Shown: positions 13,601 to 28,481 of the stretch, piece by piece
Layout: every line of letters begins with the position of its first letter
Numbering within the stretch: position 1 is the stretch's first letter
Source: the human T2T-CHM13v2.0 reference genome, Homo sapiens
Length of the DNA stretch: 64,000 nucleotides
NCBI RefSeq assembly: GCF_009914755.1
Contig: NC_060948.1
Reading direction: 5' to 3' (one strand)
Made by a program: the position numbers and the translations under genes
The notes under the pieces: generated by a model
What the model was told of the DNA's origin: nothing
Seen by the model: the letters and a program-made list of their open reading frames with translations, nothing else
Database searches by the model: none

Positions 13601-14231
13601 GAATGGAAAGGAATCGAAACGAATGGAATGGAATCGAACTGAAGAGACTGGAATGGAATGCACTGGAATGGAAGGGAGTGTAATGGAAGGTTCTCGAAAA
13701 AAATGGAATCGAATGGAATGGAATTGAATGGAACGGAATAGAGTCGAATGGAATTGAATGGAATGGAATGGACTAGAGTGAAATGGAATCGAACCACAAG
13801 GGATGGACAGGAATAGAATGGTCTCGAATTGAATGGAATCGTATGGAATGGCATCAAACGGAATGGAATGGACAGCCACGGAATGGAATGCACTCGAATG
13901 CAATGGAGTCGAAACTAATGGACTGGAATAGAATGGACTCGACTGGTACGGACTCCAATGGAATGGAATCGAATGGAAGGGAATCGAACGGAATGGAATC
14001 GAAGGGAAAAGACTGCAATGGAAAGGTCTCGAATGGAATGGAAATTAATGGAATGGAATGGAATCGAATGAAATGGAGTCAAAAGGAATGGAATCGAATG
14101 GCAAGAAATCGAATGTAATGGAATCGCAAGGAATTGATGTGAACGGAACGGAATGGAATGGAATCCAAAGGAATGGAATAGAATGGAATGGAATCGAATG
14201 GAAAGGACTCGAATGGAAATCACTCGAATAG
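10678..14231 (+). repeat. DYZ1 unit 4 (3554 bp, A/B mosaic, EcoRI+)
   Basis: 10-bp deletion near 11390, 5-bp shorter GGAAT run, GAATTC at 12991-12996. Confidence 0.92.
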
Positions 14232-17200
14232 AATGCAATTTAATAAAATAGGATCAAATGTAATGGAATGGAATGGAAAGGAATCGAAACGAAAGGAATG
14301 GAGACAGATGGAATGGAATGGAACAGAGAGCAATGGTATAGAATGGAATGGAATCATCTGGAATGGAATTGAATGGAATGGAATAATATGAAATGGAATG
14401 GAATGGAATGGAATGGAATGCCCTTGAATTAAATGGACTGGAATGGAATGGACTCGAACAGAGTGGAATGGAAAGTGTTGAGATAGAATGGAATGGACTC
14501 CTTTGGAATGGTGTAGTATGCAATGCAATCGACTGGCAGGGAATCAAAAGGAATGTAATCGAATGGATTGGACTGGAATGCAATGGACTCGAATAGATTG
14601 CAAACGGAATGCAAAGGAATGGAATGGAATAGTATGGAATGGAATGGAAAGGAATGGAGTGGAATAGACTAGAGTGGAATGGAATGGACTGGAAAGCAAT
14701 GGACTGGAATGGAACTTTCTTGAATGGACTGGAATCAAACGGAATGGAATGCAATGCAATCAAATGGCATGGAATAAAATAGAATGAAAGAGAATCAAAT
14801 GGAATTGAATCGAATGGAATCGAATGGATTGGAAAGGAATAGAATGGAATGGAATGGAATTGACTCAAATGGAATGGACTAGAATGGAATGGATTCGAAT
14901 GGAAGGCAAAGGAATGGAATCTATTGGAATGGACTGTAATGGAATGGAATGGAAGGGATTGGAATGGACTCGAATGGAATGGACTGCAATAGAAAGGATT
15001 CGAATGGAATGAAAAAGAATTGAATGGAATAGAACAGAATGGAATCAAATCGAATGAAATGGAATGGAATAGAAAGGAATGGAATGAAATGGAATGGAAA
15101 GGATTCGAATGGAATGCAATCGAATGGAATGGAATCGAACGGAATGGAATAAAATGGAAGAAAACTGGCAAGAAATGGAATCGAAATGAATGGAGTGTTA
15201 TGGAACGGACTCAAAAGGAATTGAATGTAATAGAATGGAGTGGAGTGGACTCGAATATAATGGACTGGAATGGAATGAAATCACATGGAATGGGAACGAA
15301 TGGAATGGAATGGAAAGGAATGGAATCGAATGGAAAGGAATCAAATGGAAGGGAATGAAATTGAATCAACAGGAATGGAAGGGAATAGAATAGACGGTAA
15401 TGGAATGGACTCGAATAGAATGGACACGAATGCTCAAATTGAATGGACTCGAATGGAATGGAAACGAAAGGAATGTCATCGAATGGAATTGAATCGATTG
15501 GAATGAAATCGCATAGAATGGAGTGGAATCAAATGGAATTGAATCGAAAGGAAAGGAAGCGAATGGACTGAAATGAAATGGAATGGAATTGAATGGAAAG
15601 TAATGCAATGGAATAGAATGGAACGAAATTTCACGGAATGGAATCAAACTGAATGGAATCAAATCAATGGAATCAAATCAAATGGAATGGAAAGGAATTG
15701 AATGGAGTAGATTTGATTGGATGGGATTGGAATGAAATGTACTGGAAAGGACTCGAATTTCATGAAACGGAATGGAATGAATTGGAACGGAATGGACTCG
15801 AATGGAATGGAATGTCATGGAATGGCATCAAATGGAATGGCATCAAATGGAATGGAATCGAATGCAATGGAATGCTATGGAATGGAATGGAATGCATTGG
15901 AATGGAATGTCCTCTAATGGAATGGATTCGAGAGGAATGGAATCGAATATAATGGAGTCGAATGAAATGGAATTGAAAGGAATGGGATCGAATACAAAGG
16001 AATATACTGGAATGTAATGTAATGAACTCGAATGTAATTGACTGGAATGGAATGTACATGAATGGAATGTAATCGAATGGAAAGTAATCCAATGGAATAG
16101 AATCTAATGCAATAAAATCGACTCAGATAGAGTAGAATGTAATTGAATGGAGTGCAGTGCAATGGAATGGAATGGAATGGAATGCAATGGAATGGAATGG
16201 AATGGAATGGAATGGAATGGGATGGAATGGGATGGAATGGTATGGAATGGATAGTAATGGACTGGAGTGAAATGGACTGGAAAGGAATGGACTCAAATTG
16301 AAAGGGCTCGAAAGGAATGGAGTCAAATGGAATGGTCTGGAATGGAATGAACACGAATGTAATGCAATCCAATAGAATGGAATCGAATGGCATGGAATAT
16401 AAAGAAATGGAATCGAAGAGAATGGAAACAAATGGAATGGAATTGAATGGAATGGGAACGAATGGAGTGAAATTGTATGCAGTAGAAGGGAATAGATTGG
16501 AATGCAAGCGAAAGGAAAGGAATGGATTGGAATGGAATGGAATTCATTGGAATGGAAGGGAATGTAGTGTAATGGACAGGCCTGGAATAAAGTGGAATGC
16601 TACGGTCTCGAATGGAATAAAAATGTATGGAATGGAATGCAATGAAACGGAATCGAATGTCATAGAATGTAATGGAATGCAACAAAATGGAATCCAAAAT
16701 CATTGACTGGAAAGGCTGGGTGTCGAAAGGAATTGACTCCAATGGAATGGAATCGAATGGAATGGAAGTGAATAGAATCGAACTAAATCGAATGGAATGG
16801 AATTGATAGGAACGGAATGGAAAGGAATGCAATGATTTGGCATGGAATGGAATCGAATGGCATCGAATGGAATGGAATGGAATGCAATGGAATGGAATGT
16901 ATTAGAATGTAATGAACTTTAATGGAATGTACTCGAATGGATTCGACTGGAATGGAATGTTCTGGAAGTGAATGGACTCCAATGGAATGGATTCAAAAGG
17001 AATGGAATCGTACGGAATGGAATCTAATGGAATGCAATTAAATGGAAATGAATCAAATTGAATAGCACGGAATTGAATTGAATGGAATGGAATGCAATGG
17101 AATCTAATGAAACGGAAAGGAAAGGAATGGAATGGAATGGAATGGGCTGGAATGGAAAGGAATCGAAACGAATGGAATGGAATCGAAGTGAAGAGACTGG

Positions 17201-17780
17201 AATGGAATGCACTGGAATGGAAGGGAGTGTAATGGAAGGTTCTCGAAAAAAATGGAATCGAATGGAATGGAATTGAATGGAACGGAATAGAGTCGAATGG
17301 AATTGAATGGAATGGAATGGACTAGAGTGAAATGGAATCGAACCACAAGGAATGGACAGGAATAGAATGGTCTCGAATTGAATGGAATCGTATGGAATGG
17401 CATCAAACGGAATGGAATGGACAGCCACGGAATGGAATGCACTCGAATGCAATGGAGTCGAAACTAATGGACTGGAATAGAATGGACTCGACTGGTACGG
17501 ACTCCAATGGAATGGAATCGAATGGAAGGGAATCGAACGGAATGGACTCGAAGGGAAAAGACTGCAATGGAAAGGTCTCGAATGGAATGGAAATTAATGG
17601 AATGGAATGGAATCGAATGAAATGGAGTCAAAAGGAATGGAATCGAATGGCAAGAAATCGAATGTAATGGAATCGCAAGGAATTGATGTGAACGGAACGG
17701 AATGGAATGGAATCCAAAGGAATGGAATAGAATGGAATGGAATCGAATGGAAAGGACTCGAATGGAAATCACTCGAATAG
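14232..17780 (+). repeat. DYZ1 unit 5 (3549 bp, EcoRI+ subfamily B)
   Basis: GAATTC at 16540-16545; 15-bp deletion near 16445; 5-bp shorter run. Confidence 0.92.
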
Positions 17781-20700
17781 AATGCAATTTAATAAAATAG
17801 GATCAAATGTAATGGAATGGAATGGAAAGGAATCGAAACGAAAGGAATGGAGACAGATGGAATGGAATGGAACAGAGAGCAATGGTATAGAATGCAATGG
17901 AATCATCTGGAATGGAATTGAATGGAATGGAATAATATGAAATGGAATGGAATGGAATGGAATGGAATGCCCTTGAATTAAATGGACTGGAATGGAATGG
18001 ACTCGAACAGAGTGGAATGGAAAGTGTTGAGATAGAATGGAATGGACTCCTTTGGAATGGTGTAGTATGCAATGCAATCGACTGGCAGGGAATCAAAAGG
18101 AATGTAATGGAATGGACTGGACTGGAATGCAATGGACTCGTATAGATTGGAAACGGAATGCAAAGGAATGGAATGGAATAGTATGGAATGGAATGGAAAG
18201 GAATGGAGTGGAATAGACTAGAGTGGAATGGAATGGACTGGAAAGCAATGGACTGGAATGGAACTTTCTTGAATGGACTGGAATCAAACGGAATGGAATG
18301 CAATGCAATCAAATGGCATGGAATAAAATAGAATGAAAGAGAATCAAATGGAATTGAATCGAATGGAATCGAATGGATTGGAAAGGAATAGAATGGAATG
18401 GAATGGAATTGACTCAAATGGAATGGACTAGAATGGAATGGATTCGAATGGAAGGCAAAGGAATGGAATCTATTGGAATGGACTGTAATGGAATGGAATG
18501 GAAGGGATTGGAATGGACTCGAATGGAATGGACTGCAATAGAAAGGATTCGAATGGAATGAAAAAGAATTGAATGGAATAGAACAGAATGGAATCAAATC
18601 GAATGAAATGGAATGGAATAGAAAGGAATGGAATGAAATGGAATGGAAAGGATTCGAATGGAATGCAATCGAATGGAATGGAATCGAACGGAATGGAATA
18701 AAATGGAAGAAAACTGGCAAGAAATGGAATCGAAATGAATGGAGTGTTATGGAACGGACTCAAAAGGAATTGAATGTAATAGAATGGAGTGGAGTGGACT
18801 CGAATATAATGGACTGGAATGGAATGAAATCACATGGAATGGGAACGAATGGAATGGAATGGAAAGGAATGGAATCGAATGGAAAGGAATCGAATGGAAG
18901 GGAATGAAATTGAATCAACAGGAATGGAAGAGAATAGAATAGACGGTAATGGAATGGACTCGAATAGAATGGACACGAATGCTCAAATTGAATGGACTCG
19001 AATGGAATGGAAACGAAAGGAATGTCATCGAATGGAATTGAATCGATTGGTATGAAATCGCATAGAATGGAGTGGAATCAAATGGAATTGAATCGAAAGG
19101 AAAGGAAGCCAATGGACTGAAATGAAATGGAATGGAATTGAATGGAAAGTAATGCAATGGAATAGAATGGAACGAAATTTCACGGAATGGAATCAAACTG
19201 AATGGAATCAAATCAATGGAATCAAATCAAATGGAATGGAAAGGAATTGAATGGAGTAGATTGGATTGGATGGGATTGGAATGAAATGTACTGGAAAGGA
19301 CTCGAATTTCATGAAACGGAATGGAATGAATTGGAACGGAATGGACTCGAATGGAATGGAATGTCATGGAATGGCATCAAATGGAATGGCATCAAATGGA
19401 ATGGAATCGAATACAATGGAATGCTATGGAATGGAATGGAATGCATTGGAATGGAATGTCCTCTAATGGAATGGATTCGAGTGGAATGGAATCGAATATA
19501 ATGGAGTCGAATGAAATGGAATTGAAAGGAGTGGGATCGAATACAACGGAATATACTGGAATGTAATGTAATGAACTCGAATGTAATTGACTGGAATGGA
19601 ATGTACATGAATGGAATGTAATCGAATGGAAAGTAATCCAATGGAATAGAATCTAATGCAATAAAATCGACTCAGATAGAGTAGAATGTAATGGAATGGA
19701 GTGCAGTGCAATGGAATGGATTGGAATGGAATGCAATGGAATGGAATGGAATGGAATGGAATGGAATGGGATGGAATGGGATGGAATGGTATGGAATGGA
19801 TAGTAATGGACTGGAGTGAAATGGACTGGAAAGGAATGGACTCAAATTGAAAGGGCTCGAAAGGAATGGAGTCAAATGTAATGGTCTGGAATGGAATGAA
19901 CACGAATGTAATGCAATCCAATAGAATGGAATCGAATGGCATGGAATATAAAGAAATGGAATCGAAGAGAATGGAAACAAATGGAATGGAATTGAATGGA
20001 ATGGAATTGAATGGAATGGGAACGAATGGAGTGAAATTGTATGCAGTAGAAGGGAATAGAATGGAATGCAAGCGAAAGGAAAGGAATGGATTGGAATGGA
20101 ATGGAACTCATTGGAATGGAAGGGAATGTAGTGTAATGGACAGGCCTGGAATAAAGTGGAAAGCTACGGTCTCGAATGAAATAAAAATATATGGAATGGA
20201 ATGCAATGAAACGGAATCGAATGTCATAGAATGTAATGGAATGCAAAAAAATGGAATCCAAAATCATTGACTGGAAAGGCTGGGTGTCGAAAGGAATTGA
20301 CTCCAATGGAATGGAATCGAATGGAATGGAAGTGAATAGAATCGAACTAAATCGAATGGAATGGAATTGATAGGAACGGAATGGAAAGGAATGCAATGAT
20401 TTGGCATGGAATGGAATCGAATGGCATCGAATGGAATGGAATGGAATGCAATGGAATGGAATGTATTAGAATGTAATGAACTTTAATGGAATGTACTCGA
20501 ATGGATTCGACTGGAATGGAATGTTCTGGAAGTGAATGGACTCCAATGGAATGGATTCAAAAGGAATGGAATCGTACGGAATGGAATCTAATGGAATGCA
20601 ATTAAATGGAAATGAATCAAATTGAATAGCACGGAATTGAATTGAATGGAATGGAATGCAATGGAATCTAATGAAACGGAAAGGAAAGGAATGGAATGGA

Positions 20701-21344
20701 ATGGAATGGGCTGGAATGGAAAGGAATCGAAACGAATGGAATGGAATCGAACTGAAGAGACTGGAATGGAATGCACTGGAATGGAAGGGAGTGTAATGGA
20801 AGGTTCTCGAAAAAAATGGAATCGAATGGAATGGAATTGAATGGAACGGAATAGAGTCGAATGGAATTGAATGGAATGGAATGGACTAGAGTGAAATGGA
20901 ATCGAACCACAAGGAATGGACAGGAATAGAATGGTCTCGAATTGAATGGAATCGTATGGAATGGCATCAAACGGAATGGAATGGACAGCCACGGAATGGA
21001 ATGCACTCGAATGCAATGGAGTCGAAACTAATGGACTGGAATAGAATGGACTCGACTGGTACGGACTGCAATGGAATGGAATCGAATGGAAGGGAATCGA
21101 ACGGAATGGACTCGAAGGGAAAAGACTGCAATGGAAAGGTCTCGAATGGAATGGAAATTAATGGAATGGAATGGAATCGAATGAAATGGAGTCAAAAGGA
21201 ATGGAATCGAATGGCAAGAAATCGAATGTAATGGAATCGCAAGGAATTGATGTGAACGGAACGGAATGGAATGGAATCCAAAGGAATGGAATAGAATGGA
21301 ATGGAATCGAATGGAAAGGACTCGAATGGAAATCACTCGAATAG
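17781..21344 (+). repeat. DYZ1 unit 6 (3564 bp, subfamily A with some B alleles)
   Basis: GAACTC allele, but carries the B-type GGGAACGAAT and GCAAAAAATGG alleles. Confidence 0.92.
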
Positions 21345-24300
21345 AATGCAATTTAATAAAATAGGATCAAATGTAATGGAATGGAATGGAAAGGAATCGA
21401 AACGAAAGGAATGGAGACAGATGGAATGGAATGGAACAGAGAGCAATGGTATAGAATGGAATGGAATCATCTGGAATGGAATTGAATGGAATGGAATAAT
21501 ATGAAATGGAATGGAATGGAATGGAATGGAATGCCCTTGAATTAAATGGACTGGAATGGAATGGACTCGAACAGAGTGGAATGGAAAGTGTTGAGATAGA
21601 ATGGAATGGACTCCTTTGGAATGGTGTAGTATGCAATGCAATCGACTGGCAGGGAATCAAAAGGAATGTAATGGAATGGACTGGACTGGAATGCAATGGA
21701 CTCGTATAGATTGGAAACGGAATGCAAAGGAATGGAATGGAATAGTATGGAATGGAATGGAAAGGAATGGAGTGGAATAGACTAGAGTGGAATGGAATGG
21801 ACTGGAAAGCAATGGACTGGAATGGAACTTTCTTGAATGGACTGGAATCAAACGGAATGGAATGCAATGCAATCAAATGGCATGGAATAAAATAGAATGA
21901 AAGAGAATCAAATGGAATTGAATCGAATGGAATCGAATGGATTGGAAAGGAATAGAATGGAATGGAATGGAATTGACTCAAATGGAATGGACTAGAATGG
22001 AATGGATTCGAATGGAAGGCAAAGGAATGGAATCTATTGGAATGGACTGTAATGGAATGGAATGGAAGGGATTGGAATGGACTCGAATGGAATGGACTGC
22101 AATAGAAAGGATTCGAATGGAATGAAAAAGAATTGAATGGAATAGAACAGAATGGAATCAAATCGAATGAAATGGAATGGAATAGAAAGGAATGGAATGA
22201 AATGGAATGGAAAGGATTCGAATGGAATGCAATCGAATGGAATGGAATCGAACGGAATGGAATAAAATGGAAGAAAACTGGCAAGAAATGGAATCGAAAT
22301 GAATGGAGTGTTATGGAACGGACTCAAAAGGAATTGAATGTAATAGAATGGAGTGGAGTGGACTCGAATATAATGGACTGGAATGGAATGAAATCACATG
22401 GAATGGGAACGAATGGAATGGAATGGAAAGGAATGGAATCGAATGGAAAGGAATCGAATGGAAGGGAATGAAATTGAATCAACAGGAATGGAAGGGAATA
22501 GAATAGACGGTAATGGAATGGACTCGAATAGAATGGACACGAATGCTCAAATTGAATGGACTCGAATGGAATGGAAACGAAAGGAATGTCATCGAATGGA
22601 ATTGAATCGATTGGAATGAAATCGCATAGAATGGAGTGGAATCAAATGGAATTGAATCGAAAGGAAAGGAAGCCAATGGACTGAAATGAAATGGAATGGA
22701 ATTGAATGGAAAGTAATGCAATGGAATAGAATGGAACGAAATTTCACGGAATGGAATCAAACTGAATGGAATCAAATCAATGGAATCAAATCAAATGGAA
22801 TGGAAAGGAATTGAATGGAGTAGATTGGATTGGATGGGATTGGAATGAAATGTACTGGAAAGGACTCGAATTTCATGAAACGGAATGGAATGAATTGGAA
22901 CGGAATGGACTCGAATGGAATGGAATGTCATGGAATGGCATCAAATGGAATGGCATCAAATGGAATGGAATCGAATGCAATGGAATGCTATGGAATGGAA
23001 TGGAATGCATTGGAATGGAATGTCCTCTAATGGAATGGATTCGAGTGGAATGGAATCGAATATAATGGAGTCGAATGAAATGGAATTGAAAGGAATGGGA
23101 TCGAATACAATGGAATATACTGGAATGTAATGTAATGAACTCGAATGTAATTGACTGGAATGGAATGTACATGAATGGAATGTAATCGAATGGAAAGTAA
23201 TCCAATGGAATAGAATCTAATGCAATAAAATCGACTCAGATAGAGTAGAATGTAATGGAATGGAGTGCAGTGCAATGGAATGGATTGGAATGGAATGCAA
23301 TGGAATGGAATGGAATGGAATGGAATGGAATGGAATGGGATGGAATGGGATGGAATGGTATGGAATGGATAGTAATGGACTGGAGTGAAATGGACTGGAA
23401 AGGAATGGACTCAAATTGAAAGGGCTCGATAGGAATGGAGTCAAATGTAATGGTCTGGAATGGAATGAACACGAATGTAATGCAATCCAATAGAATGGAA
23501 TCGAATGGCATGGAATATAAAGAAATGGAATCGAAGAGAATGGAAACAAATGGAATGGAATTGAATGGAATGGAATTGAATGGAATGGGAAGGAATGGAG
23601 TGAAATTGTATGCAGTAGAAGGGAATAGAATGGAATGCAAGCGAAAGGAAAGGAATGGATTGGAATGGAATGGAACTCATTGGAATGGAAGGGAATGTAG
23701 TGTAATGGACAGGCCTGGAATAAAGTGGAAAGCTACGGTCTCGAATGGAATAAAAATATATGGAATGGAATGCAATGAAACGGAATCGAATGTCATAGAA
23801 TGTAATGGAATGCAAAAACATGGAATCCAAAATCATTGACTGGAAAGGCTGGGTGTCGAAAGGAATTGACTCCAATGGAATGGAATCGAATGGAATGGAA
23901 GTGAATAGAATCGAACTAAATCGAATGGAATGGAATTGATAGGAACGGAATGGAAAGGAATGCAATGATTTGGCATGGAATGGAATCGAATGGCATCGAA
24001 TGGAATGGAATGGAATGCAATGGAATGGAATGTATTAGAATGTAATGAACTTTAATGGAATGTACTCGAATGGATTCGACTGGAATGGAATGTTCTGGAA
24101 GTGAATGGACTCCAATGGAATGGATTCAAAAGGAATGGAATCGTACGGAATGGAATCTAATGGAATGCAATTAAATGGAAATGAATCAAATTGAATAGCA
24201 TGGAATTGAATTGAATGGAATGGAATGCAATGGAATCTAATGAAACGGAAAGGAAAGGAATGGAATGGAATGGAATGGGCTGGAATGGAAAGGAATCGAA

Positions 24301-24913
24301 ACGAATGGAATGGAATCGAACTGAAGAGACTGGAATGGAATGCACTGGAATGGAAGGGAGTGTAATGGAAGGTTCTCGAAAAAAATGGAATCGAATGGAA
24401 TGGAATTGAATGGAACGGAATAGAGTCGAATGGAATTGAATGGAATGGAATGGACTAGAGTGAAATGGAATCGAACCACAAGGAATGGACAGGAATAGAA
24501 TGGTCTCGAATTGAATGGAATCGTATGGAATGGCATCAAACGGAATGGAATGGACAGCCACGGAATGGAATGCACTCGAATGCAATGGAGTCGAAACTAA
24601 TGGACTGGAATAGAATGGACTCGACTGGTACGGACTGCAATGGAATGGAATCGAATGGAAGGGAATCGAACGGAATGGACTCGAAGGGAAAAGACTGCAA
24701 TGGAAAGGTCTCGAATGGAATGGAAATTAATGGAATGGAATGGAATCGAATGAAATGGAGTCAAAAGGAATGGAATCGAATGGCAAGAAATCGAATGTAA
24801 TGGAATCGCAAGGAATTGATGTGAACGGAACGGAATGGAATGGAATCCAAAGGAATGGAATAGAATGGAATGGAATCGAATGGAAAGGACTCGAATGGAA
24901 ATCACTCGAATAG
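21345..24913 (+). repeat. DYZ1 unit 7 (3569 bp, subfamily A)
   Basis: Landmark spacing; GGGCTCGATAGG allele near 23430. Confidence 0.93.
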
Positions 24914-27900
24914 AATGCAATTTAATAAAATAGGATCAAATGTAATGGAATGGAATGGAAAGGAATCGAAACGAAAGGAATGGAGACAGATGGAATGGAA
25001 TGGAACAGAGAGCAATGGTATAGAATGGAATGGAATCATCTGGAATGGAATTGAATGGAATGGAATAATATGAAATGGAATGGAATGGAATGGAATGGAA
25101 TGCCCTTGAATTAAATGGACTGGAATGGAATGGACTCGAACAGAGTGGAATGGAAAGTGTTGAGATAGAATGGAATGGACTCCTTTGGAATGGTGTAGTA
25201 TGCAATGCAATCGACTGGCAGGGAATCAAAAGGAATGTAATGGAATGGACTGGACTGGAATGCAATGGACTCGTATAGATTGGAAACGGAATGCAAAGGA
25301 ATGGAATGGAATAGTATGGAATGGAATGGAAAGGAATGGAGTGGAATAGACTAGAGTGGAATGGAATGGACTGGAAAGCAATGGACTGGAATGGAACTTT
25401 CTTGAATGGACTGGAATCAAACGGAATGGAATGCAATGCAATCAAATGGCATGGAATAAAATAGAATGAAAGAGAATCAAATGGAATTGAATCGAATGGA
25501 ATCGAATGGATTGGAAAGGAATAGAATGGAATGGAATGGAATGGACTCAAATGGAATGGACTAGAATGGAATGGATTCGAATGGAAGGCAAAGGAATGGA
25601 ATCTATTGGAATGGACTGTAATGGAATGGAATGGAAGGGATTGGAATGGACTCGAATGGAATGGACTGCAATAGAAAGGATTCGAATGGAATGAAAAAGA
25701 ATTGAATGGAATAGAACAGAATGGAATCAAATCGAATGAAATGGAATGGAATAGAAAGGAATGGAATGAAATGGAATGGAAAGGATTCGAATGGAATGCA
25801 ATCGAATGGAATGGAATCGAACGGAATGGAATAAAATGGAAGAAAACTGGCAAGAAATGGAATCGAAATGAATGGAGTGTTATGGAACGGACTCAAAAGG
25901 AATTGAATGTAATAGAATGGAGTGGAGTGGACTCGAATATAATGGACTGGAATGGAATGAAATCACATGGAATGGGAACGAATGGAATGGAATGGAAAGG
26001 AATGGAATCGAATGGAAAGGAATCGAATGGAAGGGAATGAAATTGAATCAACAGGAATGGAAGGGAATAGAATAGACGGTAATGGAATGGACTCGAATAG
26101 AATGGACACGAATGCTCAAATTGAATGGACTCGAATGGAATGGAAACGAAAGGATGTCATCGAATGGAATTGAATCGATTGGAATGAAATCGCATAGAAT
26201 GGAGTGGAATCAAATGGAATTGAATCGAAAGGAAAGGAAGCCAATGGACTGAAATGAAATGGAATGGAATTGAATGGAAAGTAATGCAATGGAATAGAAT
26301 GGAACGAAATTTCACGGAATGGAATCAAACTGAATGGAATCAAATCAATGGAATCAAATCAAATGGAATGGAAAGGAATTGAATGGAGTAGATTGGATTG
26401 GATGGGATTGGAATGAAATGTACTGGAAAGGACTCGAATTTCATGAAACGGAATGGAATGAATTGGAACGGAATGGACTCGAATGGAATGGAATGTCATG
26501 GAATGGCATCAAATGGAATGGCATCAAATGGAATGGAATCGAATGCAATGGAATGCTATGGAATGGAATGGAATGCATTGGAATGGAATGTCCTCTAATG
26601 GAATGGATTCGAGTGGAATGGAATCGAATATAATGGAGTCGAATGAAATGGAATTGAAAGGAATGGGATCGAATACAATGGAATATACTGGAATGTAATG
26701 TAATGAACTCGAATGTAATTGACTGGAATGGAATGTACATGAATGGAATGTAATCGAATGGAAAGTAATCCAATGGAATAGAATCTAATGCAATAAAATC
26801 GACTCAGATAGAGTAGAATGTAATGGAATGGAGTGCAGTGCAATGGAATGGATTGGAATGGAATGCAATGGAATGGAATGGAATGGAATGGAATGGAATG
26901 GAATGGGATGGAATGGGATGGAATGGTATGGAATGGATAGTAATGGACTGGAGTGAAATGGACTGGAAAGGAATGGACTCAAATTGAAAGGGCTCGATAG
27001 GAATGGAGTCAAATGTAATGGTCTGGAATGGAATGAACACGAATGTAATGCAATCCAATAGAATGGAATCGAATGGCATGGAATATAAAGAAATGGAATC
27101 GAAGAGAATGGAAACAAATGGAATGGAATTGAATGGAATGGAATTGAATGGAATGGGAAGGAATGGAGTGAAATTGTATGCAGTAGAAGGGAATAGAATG
27201 GAATGCAAGCGAAAGGAAAGGAATGGATTGGAATGGAATGGAACTCATTGGAATGGAAGGGAATGTAGTGTAATGGACAGGCCTGGAATAAAGTGGAAAG
27301 CTACGGTCTCGAATGGAATAAAAATATATGGAATGGAATGCAATGAAACGGAATCGAATGTCATAGAATGTAATGGAATGCAAAAACATGGAATCCAAAA
27401 TCATTGACTGGAAAGGCTGGGTGTCGAAAGGAATTGACTCCAATGGAATGGAATCGAATGGAATGGAAGTGAATAGAATCGAACTAAATCGAATGGAATG
27501 GAATTGATAGGAACGGAATGGAAAGGAATGCAATGATTTGGCATGGAATGGAATCGAATGGCATCGAATGGAATGGAATGGAATGCAATGGAATGGAATG
27601 TATTAGAATGTAATGAACTTTAATGGAATGTACTCGAATGGATTCGACTGGAATGGAATGTTCTGGAAGTGAATGGACTCCAATGGAATGGATTCAAAAG
27701 GAATGGAATCGTACGGAATGGAATCTAATGGAATGCAATTAAATGGAAATGAATCAAATTGAATAGCACGGAATTGAATTGAATGGAATGGAATGCAATG
27801 GAATCTAATGAAACGGAAAGGAAAGGAATGGAATGGAATGGAATGGGCTGGAATGGAAAGGAATCGAAACGAATGGAATGGAATCGAACTGAAGAGACTG

Positions 27901-28481
27901 GAATGGAATGCACTGGAATGGAAGGGAGTGTAATGGAAGGTTCTCGAAAAAAATGGAATCGAATGGAATGGAATTGAATGGAACGGAATAGAGTCGAATG
28001 GAATTGAATGGAATGGAATGGACTAGAGTGAAATGGAATCGAACCACAAGGAATGGACAGGAATAGAATGGTCTCGAATTGAATGGAATCGTATGGAATG
28101 GCATCAAACGGAATGGAATGGACAGCCACGGAATGGAATGCACTCGAATGCAATGGAGTCGAAACTAATGGACTGGAATAGAATGGACTCGACTGGTACG
28201 GACTGCAATGGAATGGAATCGAATGGAAGGGAATCGAACGGAATGGACTCGAAGGGAAAAGACTGCAATGGAAAGGTCTCGAATGGAATGGAAATTAATG
28301 GAATGGAATGGAATCGAATGAAATGGAGTCAAAAGGAATGGAATCGAATGGCAAGAAATCGAATGTAATGGAATCGCAAGGAATTGATGTGAACGGAACG
28401 GAATGGAATGGAATCCAAAGGAATGGAATAGAATGGAATGGAATCGAATGGAAAGGACTCGAATGGAAATCACTCGAATAG
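24914..28481 (+). repeat. DYZ1 unit 8 (3568 bp, subfamily A)
   Basis: 1-bp deletion near 26154 (AGGATGTC); shares GGGCTCGATAGG with unit 7. Confidence 0.93.
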
